Of a stretch of DNA of 64,000 bases, positions 36,858 through 45,829 are shown piece after piece (the stretch's first letter is position 1; every line of letters starts with the position of its first letter). Location: positions 14,411-78,410 of the forward strand of contig JBBSOC010000002.1 of the NCBI GenBank assembly GCA_038260095.1, written 5' to 3'. Below the pieces are notes generated by a model. That model was not told the origin of the DNA. It was given only the letters and a program-made list of their open reading frames with translations, and ran no database searches. The stretch comes from Mycobacteriales bacterium (GTDB lineage: Bacteria; Actinomycetota; Actinomycetes; Mycobacteriales; QHCE01). The position numbers and the translations under genes were made by a program.

Positions 36858-37556
36858 CTACCTACTGGTGTTCTCGAAGCCTACGTTAACAACGTTCGGA
36901 TCAGTAGCCGCGTCAAGGCAGTTCAGCAGTTGGTCGAGGCCGGCTTTCATCTGGGTGGTACTGAGGCGGAGTTCCCGGCGCTGGTGCAGAAAAAGCCCAG
37001 CGCCGACAACGGCCAGTAGTGCGTCAGCCAGGTAATTCGCGTGAATGTTCGGGCGAGCCTGAGTGAGCAGCAAGGCAAGATGTGCACGATGCGTTTGATA
37101 CGCACCGCTGTGAAAACGGGCCTTGGGAGCATGGCATTCAGCGAAAAGATGCAGCTCGGCCTGGGTGTCGAGCCGATCAATGTAGGCGTGCAAAAAAGCC
37201 CGGATCCGTGCGATCGGCGGAGCTCCAGGGCCTAACGGGGGTGACCCAAAGAGAAACTCCTGCTGAAAACTCCGCTCCCCATGGTCGAGAAGGGCGTAGG
37301 CGAGACCAGCGCGGTCTTTGAAGCGCCGATACACCGTGCCGACGCCGACGCCCGCCTGTGCGGCAAGTCCGTCCATGGACAGGGCAGCTACACCCCCGGA
37401 GGCCACGATCGTCTGAGCTACTGCGAGAAGAGCATGTCGATTGCGCGTCGCATCCGATCGCTCAACAACCGGCTGCCCGAGAACAGGCAGCATCACCCGA
37501 CCTGAAAGCTGATCGTTACGAATTTCCACGGCTGTCGCACCTCCTGCGGCCGCCAT
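36858..37556 (-). CDS. TetR-family transcriptional regulator
   Basis: 232 aa with the HTH LAAQAGVGVGTVYRRFKDRAGL. It is divergent from the yceI-like gene. Confidence 0.85.
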   Translation of the reverse strand: MAAAGGATAVEIRNDQLSGRVMLPVLGQPVVERSDATRNRHALLAVAQTIVASGGVAALSMDGLAAQAGVGVGTVYRRFKDRAGLAYALLDHGERSFQQEFLFGSPPLGPGAPPIARIRAFLHAYIDRLDTQAELHLFAECHAPKARFHSGAYQTHRAHLALLLTQARPNIHANYLADALLAVVGAGLFLHQRRELRLSTTQMKAGLDQLLNCLDAATDPNVVNVGFENTSR

Positions 37557-37600
37557 TGTAGATGTTGAAACTATCAGAAAAATACCACAATCACTGTTGC

Positions 37601-37650
37601 AAACGGAGATTCTTCCGGTTAATCTAAACGGAGATAGTTCCGCTTAGACT
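37601..37650. promoter_or_regulatory. tandem 25-bp repeat in the TetR/yceI divergent promoter region (candidate TetR operators)
   Basis: aaacggagattcttccggttaatct (37601-37625) and aaacggagatagttccgcttagact (37626-37650) are identical at 20/25 positions. Each has an imperfect AACGGA..TCCG dyad. Confidence 0.45.
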
Positions 37651-37672
37651 AAATCAGGGAAAGGGTACTCAG

Positions 37673-38219
37673 ATGCCTGTTGCCACACAACCGTTCACCG
37701 GCGTGTTCGTCGCCGATCCGGTGCATTCGTCGTTTGTATTCACCGTTAAGCACATGAAGGTCTCCCTTCCGTGCTTCATTCGAGGACGTCAGCGCTCGCG
37801 CTGTCGCCGATGAGCAGGGGATTCGATTCGAAGGGGCGGCTCGAGTGGAATCAATCTCGATCAAGAACCCGCCAGAATTCCGCCAGCACGTCCTTTACGG
37901 CGCCGACTTCTTGGATGCAACTAACTACCCCGAGATCACCTTCCGTTCCAACGATGTACAGCTGAACGAGGATGGCACCGCAACTCTGCAGGGCGAGTTG
38001 ACTATCAAGGGGATCACCAAGCCGGTCTCGACTACTGGTACCTACCAACCACTAGTCGAGGACCCTTTCGGAGGAACACGCACCGCCCTCGAGTTCAGCG
38101 CGGCCGTCGACCGCCGCGATTGGGACATGAGCTGGCAAGCGCCGCTACCCAAAGGTGGAGACGCGCTCGGCTATAACGTGCAGCTGAGTGCACACGTTGA
38201 GCTGGTTAAGGAAGGCTAG
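37673..38219 (+). pseudogene. YceI-like protein, apparently frameshifted
   Basis: ATG 37673 gives MPVATQPFTGVFVADPVHSSFVFTVKHMKVS, then runs to a TGA at 37811-37813. The YceI sequence continues in another frame as FRASFEDVSARAVADEQGIRFEGAARVESISIKNPPEFRQHVL... to 38219. Removing one C from the C3 run 37764-37766 restores ...HMKVSFRASFEDV. Confidence 0.7.
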
Positions 38220-38221
38220 CC

Positions 38222-38782
38222 ATGGTCATCTTAGGTCTGTGCGGAAGCCTTCGGCAGGGCTCCTACAACCGGCGGCTACTCAAAGTGGCTGAAGCAAAGC
38301 TGCCCGTGGGTGAGACTCTCGATATCTTCGAGGGTCTCACCCAGATCCCACCGTATAACGCGGACAATGTGGCACCCCAAGCCGTGAAGGCGCTGCGTGA
38401 CGCGATCATCGCAGCCGACGCGGTCTTGATTGCCACCCCGGAGTACAACTCCTCCGTTCCTGGACAACTCAAGAATGTCCTGGATTGGGCATCACGGCCC
38501 TTCCCGGACAACTCGCTGCGCAACAAGCCGGTAGCGGTGATAGGTGCCTCTACAGGCTTGTTTGGCGCGGTGTGGGCACAGGCCGAACTGCGCAAAATAC
38601 TCACTACTATCGGAGCGGATGTAGTCGAGGGAGAGCTCCCCGTTGGCCAAGCTCACGATGCCTTCAACGAGGATGGAGACCTGGCCGATCCCGACCTAGC
38701 TTCAGCGCTGAGCGACCTCATCAACCAGCTGTTGCATAAAGTACCTGTCAAAGCCGACGCAGCTGCAGCTGCTCGTAGCTGA
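38222..38782 (+). CDS. NAD(P)H-dependent FMN reductase
   Basis: 186 aa: LGLCGSLRQGSYNRRLL...ATPEYNSSVPGQLKNVLDWASRP (FMN_red family). Confidence 0.8.
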   Translation: MVILGLCGSLRQGSYNRRLLKVAEAKLPVGETLDIFEGLTQIPPYNADNVAPQAVKALRDAIIAADAVLIATPEYNSSVPGQLKNVLDWASRPFPDNSLRNKPVAVIGASTGLFGAVWAQAELRKILTTIGADVVEGELPVGQAHDAFNEDGDLADPDLASALSDLINQLLHKVPVKADAAAAARS

Positions 38783-38816
38783 CGTGAAGATTCCGAACCG
38801 CGAGCGCTTACGGCAT

Positions 38817-38925
38817 GGTGCACGATTGCAAGTTACTGCCATCATCGTCGATGAAACGACCAGATCAGCGGCAGCGCGTTTTTGCCAAGTTAAGAGAACT
38901 TGTGCAAAAATTTTTATCGTGCACC
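38817..38925. repeat. structured intergenic repeat with terminal inverted repeats, copy B (inverted relative to copy A)
   Basis: The ends are ggtgcacgat (38817-38826) and atcgtgcacc (38916-38925). The block 38880-38924 is the exact reverse complement of 14465-14509. Homology extends to about 38803-38937. Confidence 0.8.
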
Positions 38926-38931
38926 ACCTCG

Positions 38932-39327
38932 TTAATCAATCGAAAAATGCGGATTATGAATCACACCCAGCGGACTTCCCGACGGGGTGCGCACCACCGC
39001 GACGCGGATGCCGCCCCCAACGTCTTTGGCCGCTGTGTGTTCGGTAGCACCGTCGGTAAGTAGCTGGGTCACAGCGGCGTCCACATCCGCTACGCCCCAA
39101 TACGTGATGGGACCGTCCTCGGGTAAGCCGTTGGGGTCGAGCGCAAGCTCATATCCGGCGACATTGAAGCCCACGTAGAAAGGCTCGTCGAAATACGGTT
39201 CCTGTCCAAGCACTTGCGTCCACCAACGCTTGGCTATCTCCAGGTCAGGTGCCGGGTAAATTACGCTCCGCAAGCCCAAAAAAGCCGCTGCTCCACCTGT
39301 CATAGGCACAGCCTGCCATAAGAACAA
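38932..39327 (-). CDS. VOC/glyoxalase-family protein
   Basis: About 125-131 aa: LRSVIYPAPDLEIAKRWWTQVLGQEPYFDEPFYVGFNVAGYELALDP...GVIHNPHF. Confidence 0.65.
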   Translation of the reverse strand: MFLWQAVPMTGGAAAFLGLRSVIYPAPDLEIAKRWWTQVLGQEPYFDEPFYVGFNVAGYELALDPNGLPEDGPITYWGVADVDAAVTQLLTDGATEHTAAKDVGGGIRVAVVRTPSGSPLGVIHNPHFSID

Positions 39328-39468
39328 CTGGCCCGGTGCCTAGTGTCGTGTAATCGATATCGTCGTTCGTCTGCTGGCGCTCAGGCGGATTTTGATCTTT
39401 TGGTAGCGTGATGGGGCAGTGTGGGGTGGAGACTGACGGTGCATCTGGACTGACTTCCCTGTTCACGA

Positions 39469-41295
39469 ATGCCGGCCCACCACCTCACACACATTGTTGA
39501 GGCTTACGGTAGCTACGTGCTGATTAGCGCCAACTTTGTACGAAGCGCGGCCTACGCCGTTCGATGTGTGCTCGCCGAACGCAACTCGAAGCTGGCCCTT
39601 GACTACGCCGGCTACCTCATCGCAGCACAACGGGACATAGAGCGCAGGCTTGGCGTCGCTATGCGTCACGAATCGGTAGCGATCACCGAACTCAGACAGC
39701 GTGCCCAACTCCAGCTGGCTGACTGCGTAGCCAACCATGCACTCGCGCTCCTCGGTGCACGCCACCGCGAGATCGCGCTGCGGCGGCAGGCCGCACATCG
39801 CGGCATCACCACGCTGATCGAGTGGGCTCAGCAGCGCAACGATCCGACGCAGAGCATGCTGGCGCTGTTTGAACAATGGATCATCAACGGCCATCCACTG
39901 CATCCGGCCGCAAAAGTCCGGTTAGGCATGAGCCCCGTCGAAGTTCTAGCGACGTGCCCGGAATGGGGCAACACTGTCGAGCTCCGCGTTGTGGCATTGC
40001 ATCACACTGCCGCGCAGGAGTACGGCAGCGCTATAACGCGATCACCCGCGCAACAGCGACCGTTGACCAACCTACTGTTGCGCGAACACCCGCAACTGCG
40101 AGCTGCCGTTGTTGCCGAGTGCGGGGCCCAACAAAGTTTCCAAGACAGCGTTACGCTCCTACCGGTGCATCCTTGGCAGGCCGACCATGTGTTGCCGGGG
40201 CGCTTCGGTCGCGAACTCAATGACGGCACGCTACGGTTCCTACCGGTGCACATTCCAGCGCGGCCGTTGGTGTCCTATCGGACCGTCATCCCGTTGGCCA
40301 CGCCGACCGCGCCTCATCCGAGCCATCTCAAGACCGCGTTGAGCGTTCAACTCACCAACGCACTGCGGGGTGTCTCACCGTCCGCCGCCCACAACGGGCC
40401 GCAGGTCTCACGGCTACTCGAGGAGATCCTGCGCCGCGAGCACCATTTCGGCGGTCGCTTAGAGGTACTGGCCGAACCAGCGGCAGCACACTTTCAGTCA
40501 GCTGAACCGCAGACAGCAACCAACGCACAGGCCTTGCAGCGTGCTAGCTCCGAGCTGGCGGCGCTAGCACGGAGCAATCCCGAGCTCGACCTTGGCGAGG
40601 GTGAGCTGCTACTTCCCGCCGGTGCGTTCACCGCGCGCTCGCCGCTGTCGAACCAGCCAGTTCTGGCAGAGCTGCTCGACACCCTGTGTGCCGCAAACCC
40701 GAACGCGGTTGTGCTCAGCAACCGCGCAGATGCGGCCAGGTACTTCACTTACTGCTATGCCAACGTCTGCGTTCCACCACTCCTGACGCTGCTCACTCGC
40801 TACGGTGTGGCGCTAGAAGCACACGGAGAGAACATGCTGCTGGTAATCCGGGCTGGAGAACCGCAGCGCTGCGTTGTACGCGATTTTGGCGGCGTGCGAA
40901 TTCATTCCCAGCGGCTGGCCGAACAGCAGCTACACATACAGCTATTGGCCGGCAGCGTGATCGCCACCAGCGACGACCACGAACTGCGCCATAAGCTGTA
41001 TTTCGCACTGTTCGTCAACGAACTCAGTCAACTGATTACCTGCCTATCTAGGCTTTCCGGGCTGTCTATCGCGCGGCTATGGCAGCCCTTTCGTGCCGCG
41101 GCTACACGCACCTTCGATGAGCTCGCGGCCGAACCGCGGACCCGGCGCGCCGCTCAGGAAGATGCCCGGGCGTTGCTGGAACAACCATGGCCATACAAGG
41201 CCATGCTCTCGATGTGGCTGCGCGGCGACGTCACCGATTACAGCTACCTGCCTACCCATAATCCGTTTGCCGTCACCTCAAGGGGGAACGCGTGA
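39469..41295 (+). CDS. IucA/IucC-family NRPS-independent siderophore (NIS) synthetase 1
   Basis: 608 aa with EQWIINGHPLHPAAKVRLGMS, LLPVHPWQADHVL and the C-terminal EAHGENMLLV...RDFGGVRI. Confidence 0.85.
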   Translation: MPAHHLTHIVEAYGSYVLISANFVRSAAYAVRCVLAERNSKLALDYAGYLIAAQRDIERRLGVAMRHESVAITELRQRAQLQLADCVANHALALLGARHREIALRRQAAHRGITTLIEWAQQRNDPTQSMLALFEQWIINGHPLHPAAKVRLGMSPVEVLATCPEWGNTVELRVVALHHTAAQEYGSAITRSPAQQRPLTNLLLREHPQLRAAVVAECGAQQSFQDSVTLLPVHPWQADHVLPGRFGRELNDGTLRFLPVHIPARPLVSYRTVIPLATPTAPHPSHLKTALSVQLTNALRGVSPSAAHNGPQVSRLLEEILRREHHFGGRLEVLAEPAAAHFQSAEPQTATNAQALQRASSELAALARSNPELDLGEGELLLPAGAFTARSPLSNQPVLAELLDTLCAANPNAVVLSNRADAARYFTYCYANVCVPPLLTLLTRYGVALEAHGENMLLVIRAGEPQRCVVRDFGGVRIHSQRLAEQQLHIQLLAGSVIATSDDHELRHKLYFALFVNELSQLITCLSRLSGLSIARLWQPFRAAATRTFDELAAEPRTRRAAQEDARALLEQPWPYKAMLSMWLRGDVTDYSYLPTHNPFAVTSRGNA

Positions 41296-43169
41296 CCCAA
41301 CAACGCGCAGCCCACCCGCCAAGCGCAACAACCGACGAATCCGCAGAGCTGCTCTCGTGGGCCACGCAGCACGCGCCGCCACTGGCAGCAGCATTACCAA
41401 CAGCGCTGACCCAGGCGCGGCTCATCGTTGCCAACAATCTAGCCGCGGCACTACAGCGGGAGGGATTTGGCGGTGACGTATCGCTCACCACAGCACACGA
41501 CGTTGGATTTGCCAGAGCTGTGCTACTTCAGGCCCACTGGCGCGGAGAGCCACTCATCGACCCAGGCTCATTGCTGGCTGAACATCCCGCGCTGCGGGGA
41601 GCGTCTGACTATCACGCGGACGTCTCCAATGCCGTCGCCCATCTCGGGCTCACTTTGGCTCGGCACGCTTCGTTGGGCGGCCCCCCGCACCTCGAACTCG
41701 CTGACTACCTGGCGACGGGGGCATCAGTGGCGAATCTGCTAGCCGACCAAGCGAACCTGCTCGGCCACAACATCCATCCACTAGGACGGTTACGACGTGG
41801 TTGTAGTCCTAGCGACGCACTGGCCTATGCGGCGGAATGTCAGCCATCGGCTCCGGTGATGCTTCGCGTGGTAGCTGTCCGAAAAGACTGCGTTTTACGA
41901 AGCCGAGCAGCCGGAAACAACGTGCAGCTCGACGAGCTACTACTCGCCGATTTCCCCGCGATTGCTAACGAGTTGGTGCAACTACGCGCACCGCACAAGT
42001 ACGCATTAATTCCCGTTCACCCGTGGCAGTACGACAACGTACTGCGGCACAGCTTCGCTGAAGAGCTGAGCTCGGGGACGATCGTTGTGTTCACGTTGCG
42101 GCTAGCCGCAACGCCCACCACATCCATGCGCACTCTCGTGACCACGCCCGGGGCAACCGGCAGATGCTGGGCGATCAAAACCGCGCTCAACATGCGCCTC
42201 ACCTCGACCCGCCGCGATATCTCGGCGGCGACCATCGCCAACGGACCCCGCGTCAGTAGCGCGCTCGCTGCCATCGTGACAGCCGACCCGTGGTTGCGAA
42301 GCCGAGTCAGCGTCGTTCGTGAAGTCGCCGGAAGTTGCTGGCATCCAGCGCGTCCCGAGACAGATCCAGCTCGGGCTCGCGGACTCGCGGCGCTACTGCG
42401 CGAGGATCTAGGCCGTTACGTACAGCCTGGGCAGCTAGCGATCAGGTGTTCCTCGCTAATGTCGGGTCCACCGAGCTCGCCGCACCAGCTGCTGGCTAGC
42501 ATCATCGACCGTTTGGCGCAACGCCGAAACTGTACAATCAGAGCAGCTGCGAGGATATTTCTGACCCAATACGCGGACTACTTCGCGACCAGCGCGCTGG
42601 TGCTGCTGTCAAGTTACGGGGTAGGACTGGAAGGTCATCTACAAAACACCGTGTTAGTACTTGACGGCGATGGAGCACCCGCACGGGTACTGTTGAGCGA
42701 CTTCGGCGGCATACGGCTGCACCTGCCCCGGCTAGCAGCCGCTGGCTATCAGTTGCACCTGCATCCCGACTCGATTACCGCGCACAGCCAGATCGATATA
42801 GTGCGCACCAAGGCCTACTACGCGTGCCTGCAAGCGAACCTGGCACAGTTGGTTCTTGGTTTGGCCACCGACTGTCAACTGCCGCCCGACGAGAGCTGGC
42901 AGTTGATCTGGCATCAACTAGAACAAGCTTTCGATTATTTGGCTCATATCCCCTTGAGCGCAAAAAACGCAGCATCTGACCGCGCCGCACTGCTTACTCC
43001 TACCGCCGCGCAGCGCGCATTTGTGACTCCTGTGCTAACGCCGACGCGGTTCTCAACCGGCAGCTCAGCCGGCGGCGAACCGTATATAGAAGTACCCAAC
43101 CCGCTACACGACACGGCTCGAGTACGCAATAAGCTGCATAGCCATGATGAACAGCGACAGGATCCGTAA
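41292..43169 (+). CDS. IucA/IucC-family NIS synthetase 2
   Basis: 625 aa with LLGHNIHPLGRLRRG, LIPVHPWQYDNVL and LEGHLQNTVLVL...SDFGGIRL. The GTGA overlap with synthetase 1 indicates co-translation. Confidence 0.85.
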   Translation: MTQQRAAHPPSATTDESAELLSWATQHAPPLAAALPTALTQARLIVANNLAAALQREGFGGDVSLTTAHDVGFARAVLLQAHWRGEPLIDPGSLLAEHPALRGASDYHADVSNAVAHLGLTLARHASLGGPPHLELADYLATGASVANLLADQANLLGHNIHPLGRLRRGCSPSDALAYAAECQPSAPVMLRVVAVRKDCVLRSRAAGNNVQLDELLLADFPAIANELVQLRAPHKYALIPVHPWQYDNVLRHSFAEELSSGTIVVFTLRLAATPTTSMRTLVTTPGATGRCWAIKTALNMRLTSTRRDISAATIANGPRVSSALAAIVTADPWLRSRVSVVREVAGSCWHPARPETDPARARGLAALLREDLGRYVQPGQLAIRCSSLMSGPPSSPHQLLASIIDRLAQRRNCTIRAAARIFLTQYADYFATSALVLLSSYGVGLEGHLQNTVLVLDGDGAPARVLLSDFGGIRLHLPRLAAAGYQLHLHPDSITAHSQIDIVRTKAYYACLQANLAQLVLGLATDCQLPPDESWQLIWHQLEQAFDYLAHIPLSAKNAASDRAALLTPTAAQRAFVTPVLTPTRFSTGSSAGGEPYIEVPNPLHDTARVRNKLHSHDEQRQDP

Positions 43170-43287
43170 AATCGGTGTGGTGGTCTTAGTGGTCGCCTTG
43201 GCTGCCGGAGGCGCAGCCACAGCTATCGGCGGCTGCTCGAAAGCACAGGCCGCCCCTCGGGAGTCAACGGTTAAGGTCCAACACTAG
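43144..43287 (+). CDS. possible 47-aa lipoprotein (not in the ORF track)
   Basis: [47 protein letters not shown] has a basic n-region, a hydrophobic core and a lipobox-like IGGC. It overlaps the end of synthetase 2 in another frame. Its TAG shares the ctag tetranucleotide with the asd stop on the other strand. The SD is weak. Confidence 0.3.
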   Translation: MMNSDRIRKIGVVVLVVALAAGGAATAIGGCSKAQAAPRESTVKVQH

Positions 43288-44348
43288 CCAAGCTCTTCGG
43301 CCACCAGCTCAGCGATCTGAGCGGTGTTCAAAGCTGCCCCCTTACGCAGATTGTCTCCGCACACGAACATCTCCAACCCATGCGGGTCATCAAGGTGTCT
43401 CCGCAACCGACCTACCCATGTCGGATCGGTGCCCACTACGTCTGCTGGAGTCGGGAAATCCCCCAGCGCGGGATCGTCGTAGAGCACCACCCCGGATGCG
43501 TCAGCAAGCACCTGTTGGGCTTGGGCCTGGCTTACCTCACGGTCGAACACCGCATGTATTGCTAACGAGTGACCGGTCACCACGGGCACTCGCACGCAAG
43601 TGGCGGTCACTTTCAGTTCTGGAAGCTGCAAGATTTTCCGAGTCTCATTACGTACTTTGAGCTCTTCGCTGGACCACCCATTCTCTTGTAAAGAGCCGGC
43701 CCAGGGCACTACGTTAAGCGCCAGTGGGGCCGGGAACGGCCCGTCGGTGTCTCCGATAGTTGCCCGCAGATCTCCAGCTCGAGTACCAAGTTCGAGGTTA
43801 CCCGCGACCTTGACCAACTGATCCCGCAGCGCGTCCACGCCCGCTTTTCCAGCTCCTGAGGCCGCTTGATACGACGCCAACACCAGCTCCTGTAACCCAA
43901 ACTCTCGATGCAGGGCACCCACCACCACGATCATCGACAGTGTGGTGCAGTTGGGGTTAGCGATGATGCCGCGTGGCCGGTTGCGCGCCTGTTCCGGATT
44001 GATCTCAGGTACGACGAGCGGCACATCCGGCTCCATACGGAATGCCGCCGAGTTGTCCACCACCACGGCCCCGGCCGCGACAGCAACCGGTGCCCACTTC
44101 GCGGCAAGCTCGTCAGGAACATCGAACATCGCCACATCGACACCGTCAAAAACCGCTGACTCTAGTAACTGCCCTTCTACCTGCTTGCCGCGAAGTGTGA
44201 GATTACGACCGGCCGAACGACGTGATGCGATCAGACGAATCTCACCCCAGCAGTCTTGCCGTGACGAGAGCACCTGAAGCATCACCGCACCCACGGCACC
44301 AGTAGCACCCACTAATGCCAACGTCGGTTTGCGCGTAGTCATGCTCAT
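43284..44348 (-). CDS. asd: aspartate-semialdehyde dehydrogenase
   Basis: 354 aa with [11 protein letters not shown] (NAD-binding) and the active-site Cys in [10 protein letters not shown]. It overlaps the ask stop. Confidence 0.95.
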   Translation of the reverse strand: MSMTTRKPTLALVGATGAVGAVMLQVLSSRQDCWGEIRLIASRRSAGRNLTLRGKQVEGQLLESAVFDGVDVAMFDVPDELAAKWAPVAVAAGAVVVDNSAAFRMEPDVPLVVPEINPEQARNRPRGIIANPNCTTLSMIVVVGALHREFGLQELVLASYQAASGAGKAGVDALRDQLVKVAGNLELGTRAGDLRATIGDTDGPFPAPLALNVVPWAGSLQENGWSSEELKVRNETRKILQLPELKVTATCVRVPVVTGHSLAIHAVFDREVSQAQAQQVLADASGVVLYDDPALGDFPTPADVVGTDPTWVGRLRRHLDDPHGLEMFVCGDNLRKGAALNTAQIAELVAEELG

Positions 44349-45610
44349 CTCCCCGTTCCGGCATACACTGGCGCTTCTTCGGCCGCACCCAGTTCAAATG
44401 CCTCGTGCAGCGCACGCACAGCCACATCGAGATCGCTTTCTCGACACACCACTGAGATGCGGATCTCAGAGGTGGAGATGATCTCAATGTTCACACCCGC
44501 GCCAGCTAACGCTTCACAAAAAGTAGCTGTCACGCCGGGATCAGCCCGCATTCCGGCGCCTATCAGAGACAGCTTGCCAATCCGCTCATCGAAAGTCAGC
44601 TGGGTGAACCCGACCGTGTCTTGCGCTCGCTGCAGTGCTTGTAAGGCTGCGGGACCGTCGGCAATCGGCAGCGTGAATGAGATATCGGTGCGAGCAGCCT
44701 CAGGTGCAGCGACATTCTGCACAACCATGTCGATGTTGATATCGGCAGCAGCAACGGCACGAAAAATTACCGCTGCCGCACCTGGTGAATCCGGCACTCC
44801 GCCGACGGTAATCTTGGCTTCGCTGCGGTCATGGGCGACCCCGACAATAATTGCTTGTTCCACAGCAAGCTCCTCAATAGAGCCAGTCACAAGAGTGCCC
44901 GGCTTATTAGAATAGGACGATCTGACGCGAATTGGCATACTGTTGCGACGGGCATATTCCACTGACCGCAGGTGGAGCACCTTAGCCCCGCACGCGGCAA
45001 ACTCCAGCATTTCCTCATACGTCACCGTGTTCAGCCGTCGCGCGCGCGGCACAATACGTGGGTCTGCGCTGTATACCCCATCTACGTCGGTGTAGATCTC
45101 GCATACGTCGGCCGCAAGCGCGGTAGCCAGCGCGACAGCGGTGGTGTCGGAGCCGCCACGCCCTAACGTCGTAATGTCCTTAGTGTCTTGCGCCACTCCT
45201 TGGAAGCCCGCCACGATCGCGACAGCGCCTTCATCCAAAGCTCCTCGGATCCGACCGGGAGTTACATCGATAATGCGCGCCTTACCATGCGAAGAAGTAG
45301 TGATCATCCCAGCCTGAGAACCGGTAAATGATCGGGCGTCAAATCCGAGCGTGTGGATAGCCATCGCTAGCAGCGCCATGGAAATACGCTCGCCAGCAGT
45401 AAGCAGCATGTCGAGCTCGCGACCCGGTGGAAACGGTGTGATCTGCCTAGCAAGCTCGGCGAGGGAATCTGTAGTGTCACCCATCGCCGAGACCACGACC
45501 GCAACGTCGTCGCCGTTTTTTCGCGTTGTAACAATCCGCTCGGCCACTGCCTTAATCCGTTCGGCATCAGCTACTGATGAGCCGCCGTACTTTTGAACTA
45601 TTAACCCCAC
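44345..45610 (-). CDS. lysC: aspartate kinase
   Basis: 421 aa with [17 protein letters not shown] and [13 protein letters not shown], plus two C-terminal ACT domains. Confidence 0.95.
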   Translation of the reverse strand: MGLIVQKYGGSSVADAERIKAVAERIVTTRKNGDDVAVVVSAMGDTTDSLAELARQITPFPPGRELDMLLTAGERISMALLAMAIHTLGFDARSFTGSQAGMITTSSHGKARIIDVTPGRIRGALDEGAVAIVAGFQGVAQDTKDITTLGRGGSDTTAVALATALAADVCEIYTDVDGVYSADPRIVPRARRLNTVTYEEMLEFAACGAKVLHLRSVEYARRNSMPIRVRSSYSNKPGTLVTGSIEELAVEQAIIVGVAHDRSEAKITVGGVPDSPGAAAVIFRAVAAADINIDMVVQNVAAPEAARTDISFTLPIADGPAALQALQRAQDTVGFTQLTFDERIGKLSLIGAGMRADPGVTATFCEALAGAGVNIEIISTSEIRISVVCRESDLDVAVRALHEAFELGAAEEAPVYAGTGR

Positions 45611-45829
45611 CGTCTTACTCCCGTGCAGACGTGCCGAAACTGAATCATCATGTAAAGATTCCCGACACCGCGTGAACCCCAGCTGAGCTGATTGTTTACT
45701 AAGTAGACTAAAAGTAACCTATTTTCCCAGACCAAAGGCTTTACTGGCCTGATTACTTTTCGATCTCCTTATTAACCTGCCGAATACATAGAGGTGTGAA
45801 ACATCGTTACTGCTCTAAGCTTTGATGGT

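Noticed and set aside
38815-39063. Small ORFs starting MVHDCKL... inside both copies of the structured repeat (38815-39063 on the plus strand and the reverse strand of 14447-14587).
   Set aside because: Neither ATG is preceded by an SD. The middle of the two copies is read in different frames because of +4 and -1 indels, the substitutions are not biased to third positions, and the copy B ORF runs into the VOC gene on the opposite strand. The element is more likely non-coding.
39301-39322. Possible DtxR/IdeR iron box (ataggcacagcctgccata) upstream of the NIS synthetase genes.
   Set aside because: Only about 10 of 19 positions match TTAGGTTAGGCTAACCTAA by eye. The sequence is not a good palindrome, and it lies inside the 5' end of the VOC gene.
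39463-39903. 146-aa minus-strand ORF overlapping the start of NIS synthetase 1.
   Set aside because: It is entirely antisense to a well-supported IucA/IucC gene and has no motif. The synthetase N-terminus is needed to reach the normal family length.
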